From contig OZ260667.1 of assembly GCA_965285935.1 (NCBI GenBank), forward strand, positions 19,592,001 through 19,656,000: a stretch of 64,000 nucleotides of DNA, written 5' to 3'. A program made the translations under genes and the position numbers. This document shows, piece after piece, positions 62,601 through 64,000 of this stretch. Origin of the DNA: Ophelia neglecta (Eukaryota). The notes below the pieces were generated by a model. It worked only from the letters and a program-made list of their open reading frames with translations. It was not told the DNA's origin and did no database searches. Within the stretch, counting starts at the first letter, position 1; each line of letters starts with the position of its first letter.

Positions 62601-64000
62601 TTCATGAATAAGCACTTAATGTATTATATAAAATGTATAATTGAATGAAAATTAACTAGGAGGAGCCTTAACCCTATATTTAGGAAGAATTGTATGATAA
62701 ACTGTATCATGTGGCATTTCCGGTTTGTGGTTCAGGCGTTCTAAATTAATCAAATTCATACAACATGATGGCCAGGTGTGCGCATGTAGGCTGAATAATG
62801 TTGTAAATAATGCTGTTGAAAGTGAAATATTACTCAACATCTATAGAGTCTGACATGAAATAAGAGCGGTGTATGTTGATTTCTTGGTTGGTTTCCTTGC
62901 TGATCCTATTGCTAATCAACTCAATTATCATAACTATAAAGAGTAAGCTTACTGGTGAACGCCGAGACAAGGCTAATGAGGATGTAACCGAAAAATATAA
63001 TAAAAATACACGCGTCAAGATTCTTTTTATGCGTTTGGTTAGCACATAAATTAAGATTGATGGCTTCTACTGGAAATGATAGTCATAAAACAAAAGATAA
63101 TTTCGCAGGTGGAAACTCATAATTTGTAAGATTGATATTGGCGCTGCCGGGTGATCTTCAAACGTTATTCCAATAACGAAAAACCCAAAAACTTAAAAGG
63201 CTCTCTGGTATGACACGAGTCACTCTTCCTCCGTTCCAATTTACTTCTTTTCAGATGGGGTATTTCTTTTCCGGCTTTTTTAGATTTGGAATTCGTGTTT
63301 TCGTTGCTGCCTCACTTGAAAAAGCATTTTTTCAACCATCACATCCCGCGAGAGTATGGTTCTGATCAAGTAGGTCAGAAGTAAAATGTGGATTTTTCTC
63401 TCGAATTTCACCGACAAACTAACAGGTTCGGTATCCAATAACAACAGGCGCAAACACATGCGCACTCCCGACCTCACATCATTAATCTTGCCAATGATTT
63501 CCAGATTCCCGCCTTTTGCTTCTCTCAGACTTGTCTGACATCGCCTCCATACCAATCTTAGGCAACTGATGGACACCATTGTTCAGTACCGGATGTACAT
63601 AAACAGTTCAATGTCAGTTTTACAAATATCGATACTAGAATAACGTATCAAATTATTGCCACTGTCTACACACTAACCACTTTTGCAATCGCTGAAAATA
63701 GGGAATCTAACTAAGTTTATAGGACTTTCAGCATATAAACTGAGTAAGATTCCATGCAAAACACTTGCGGACGCCTATTTAATTTATACTAATAACGGAA
63801 ACGATAATACAAATAGGTCGGGGATAATAAATATGTGAGGTATATTAAATCTGGGCATGGATCGATCGATTGGTGCCTAATGTTCCATATAATGTATGTT
63901 ATTATTTCACAGTATACATGCTGAGAAGTATTTTGATATTTAAATTGTTGACTTCTATTTCGAATCAAATTCATGCATGCTCATCAGGGCCTATGTCATG

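Overview
AT-rich, intron-containing animal genomic DNA; the TNF sequence style suggests a lophotrochozoan invertebrate, but this is inference. From left to right the window holds: (1) four tandem, divergent, plus-strand TNF-superfamily ligand genes (3.3-15.2 kb), each a type II membrane protein with a C-terminal TNF homology domain (THD); the ORF track misses one THD exon and one TM exon; (2) a TA-flanked, internally deleted Tc1/mariner-IS630 element (17.4-18.2 kb); (3) an unannotated four-exon minus-strand gene model for a 53-aa single-pass microprotein (20.3-22.5 kb), invisible to the ORF track; (4) a four-exon Cys-type SelO/YdiU AMPylase gene (23.7-26.9 kb, minus); (5) a complete eight-exon Tbx1/org-1 gene (34.9-56.0 kb, minus) with an eh1-like N-terminal motif, a 5'-truncated frameshifted LINE in intron 1 and a degenerate TIR element in intron 6. 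All exon structures were assembled by eye from GT-AG sites and phase consistency. No database searches were run.
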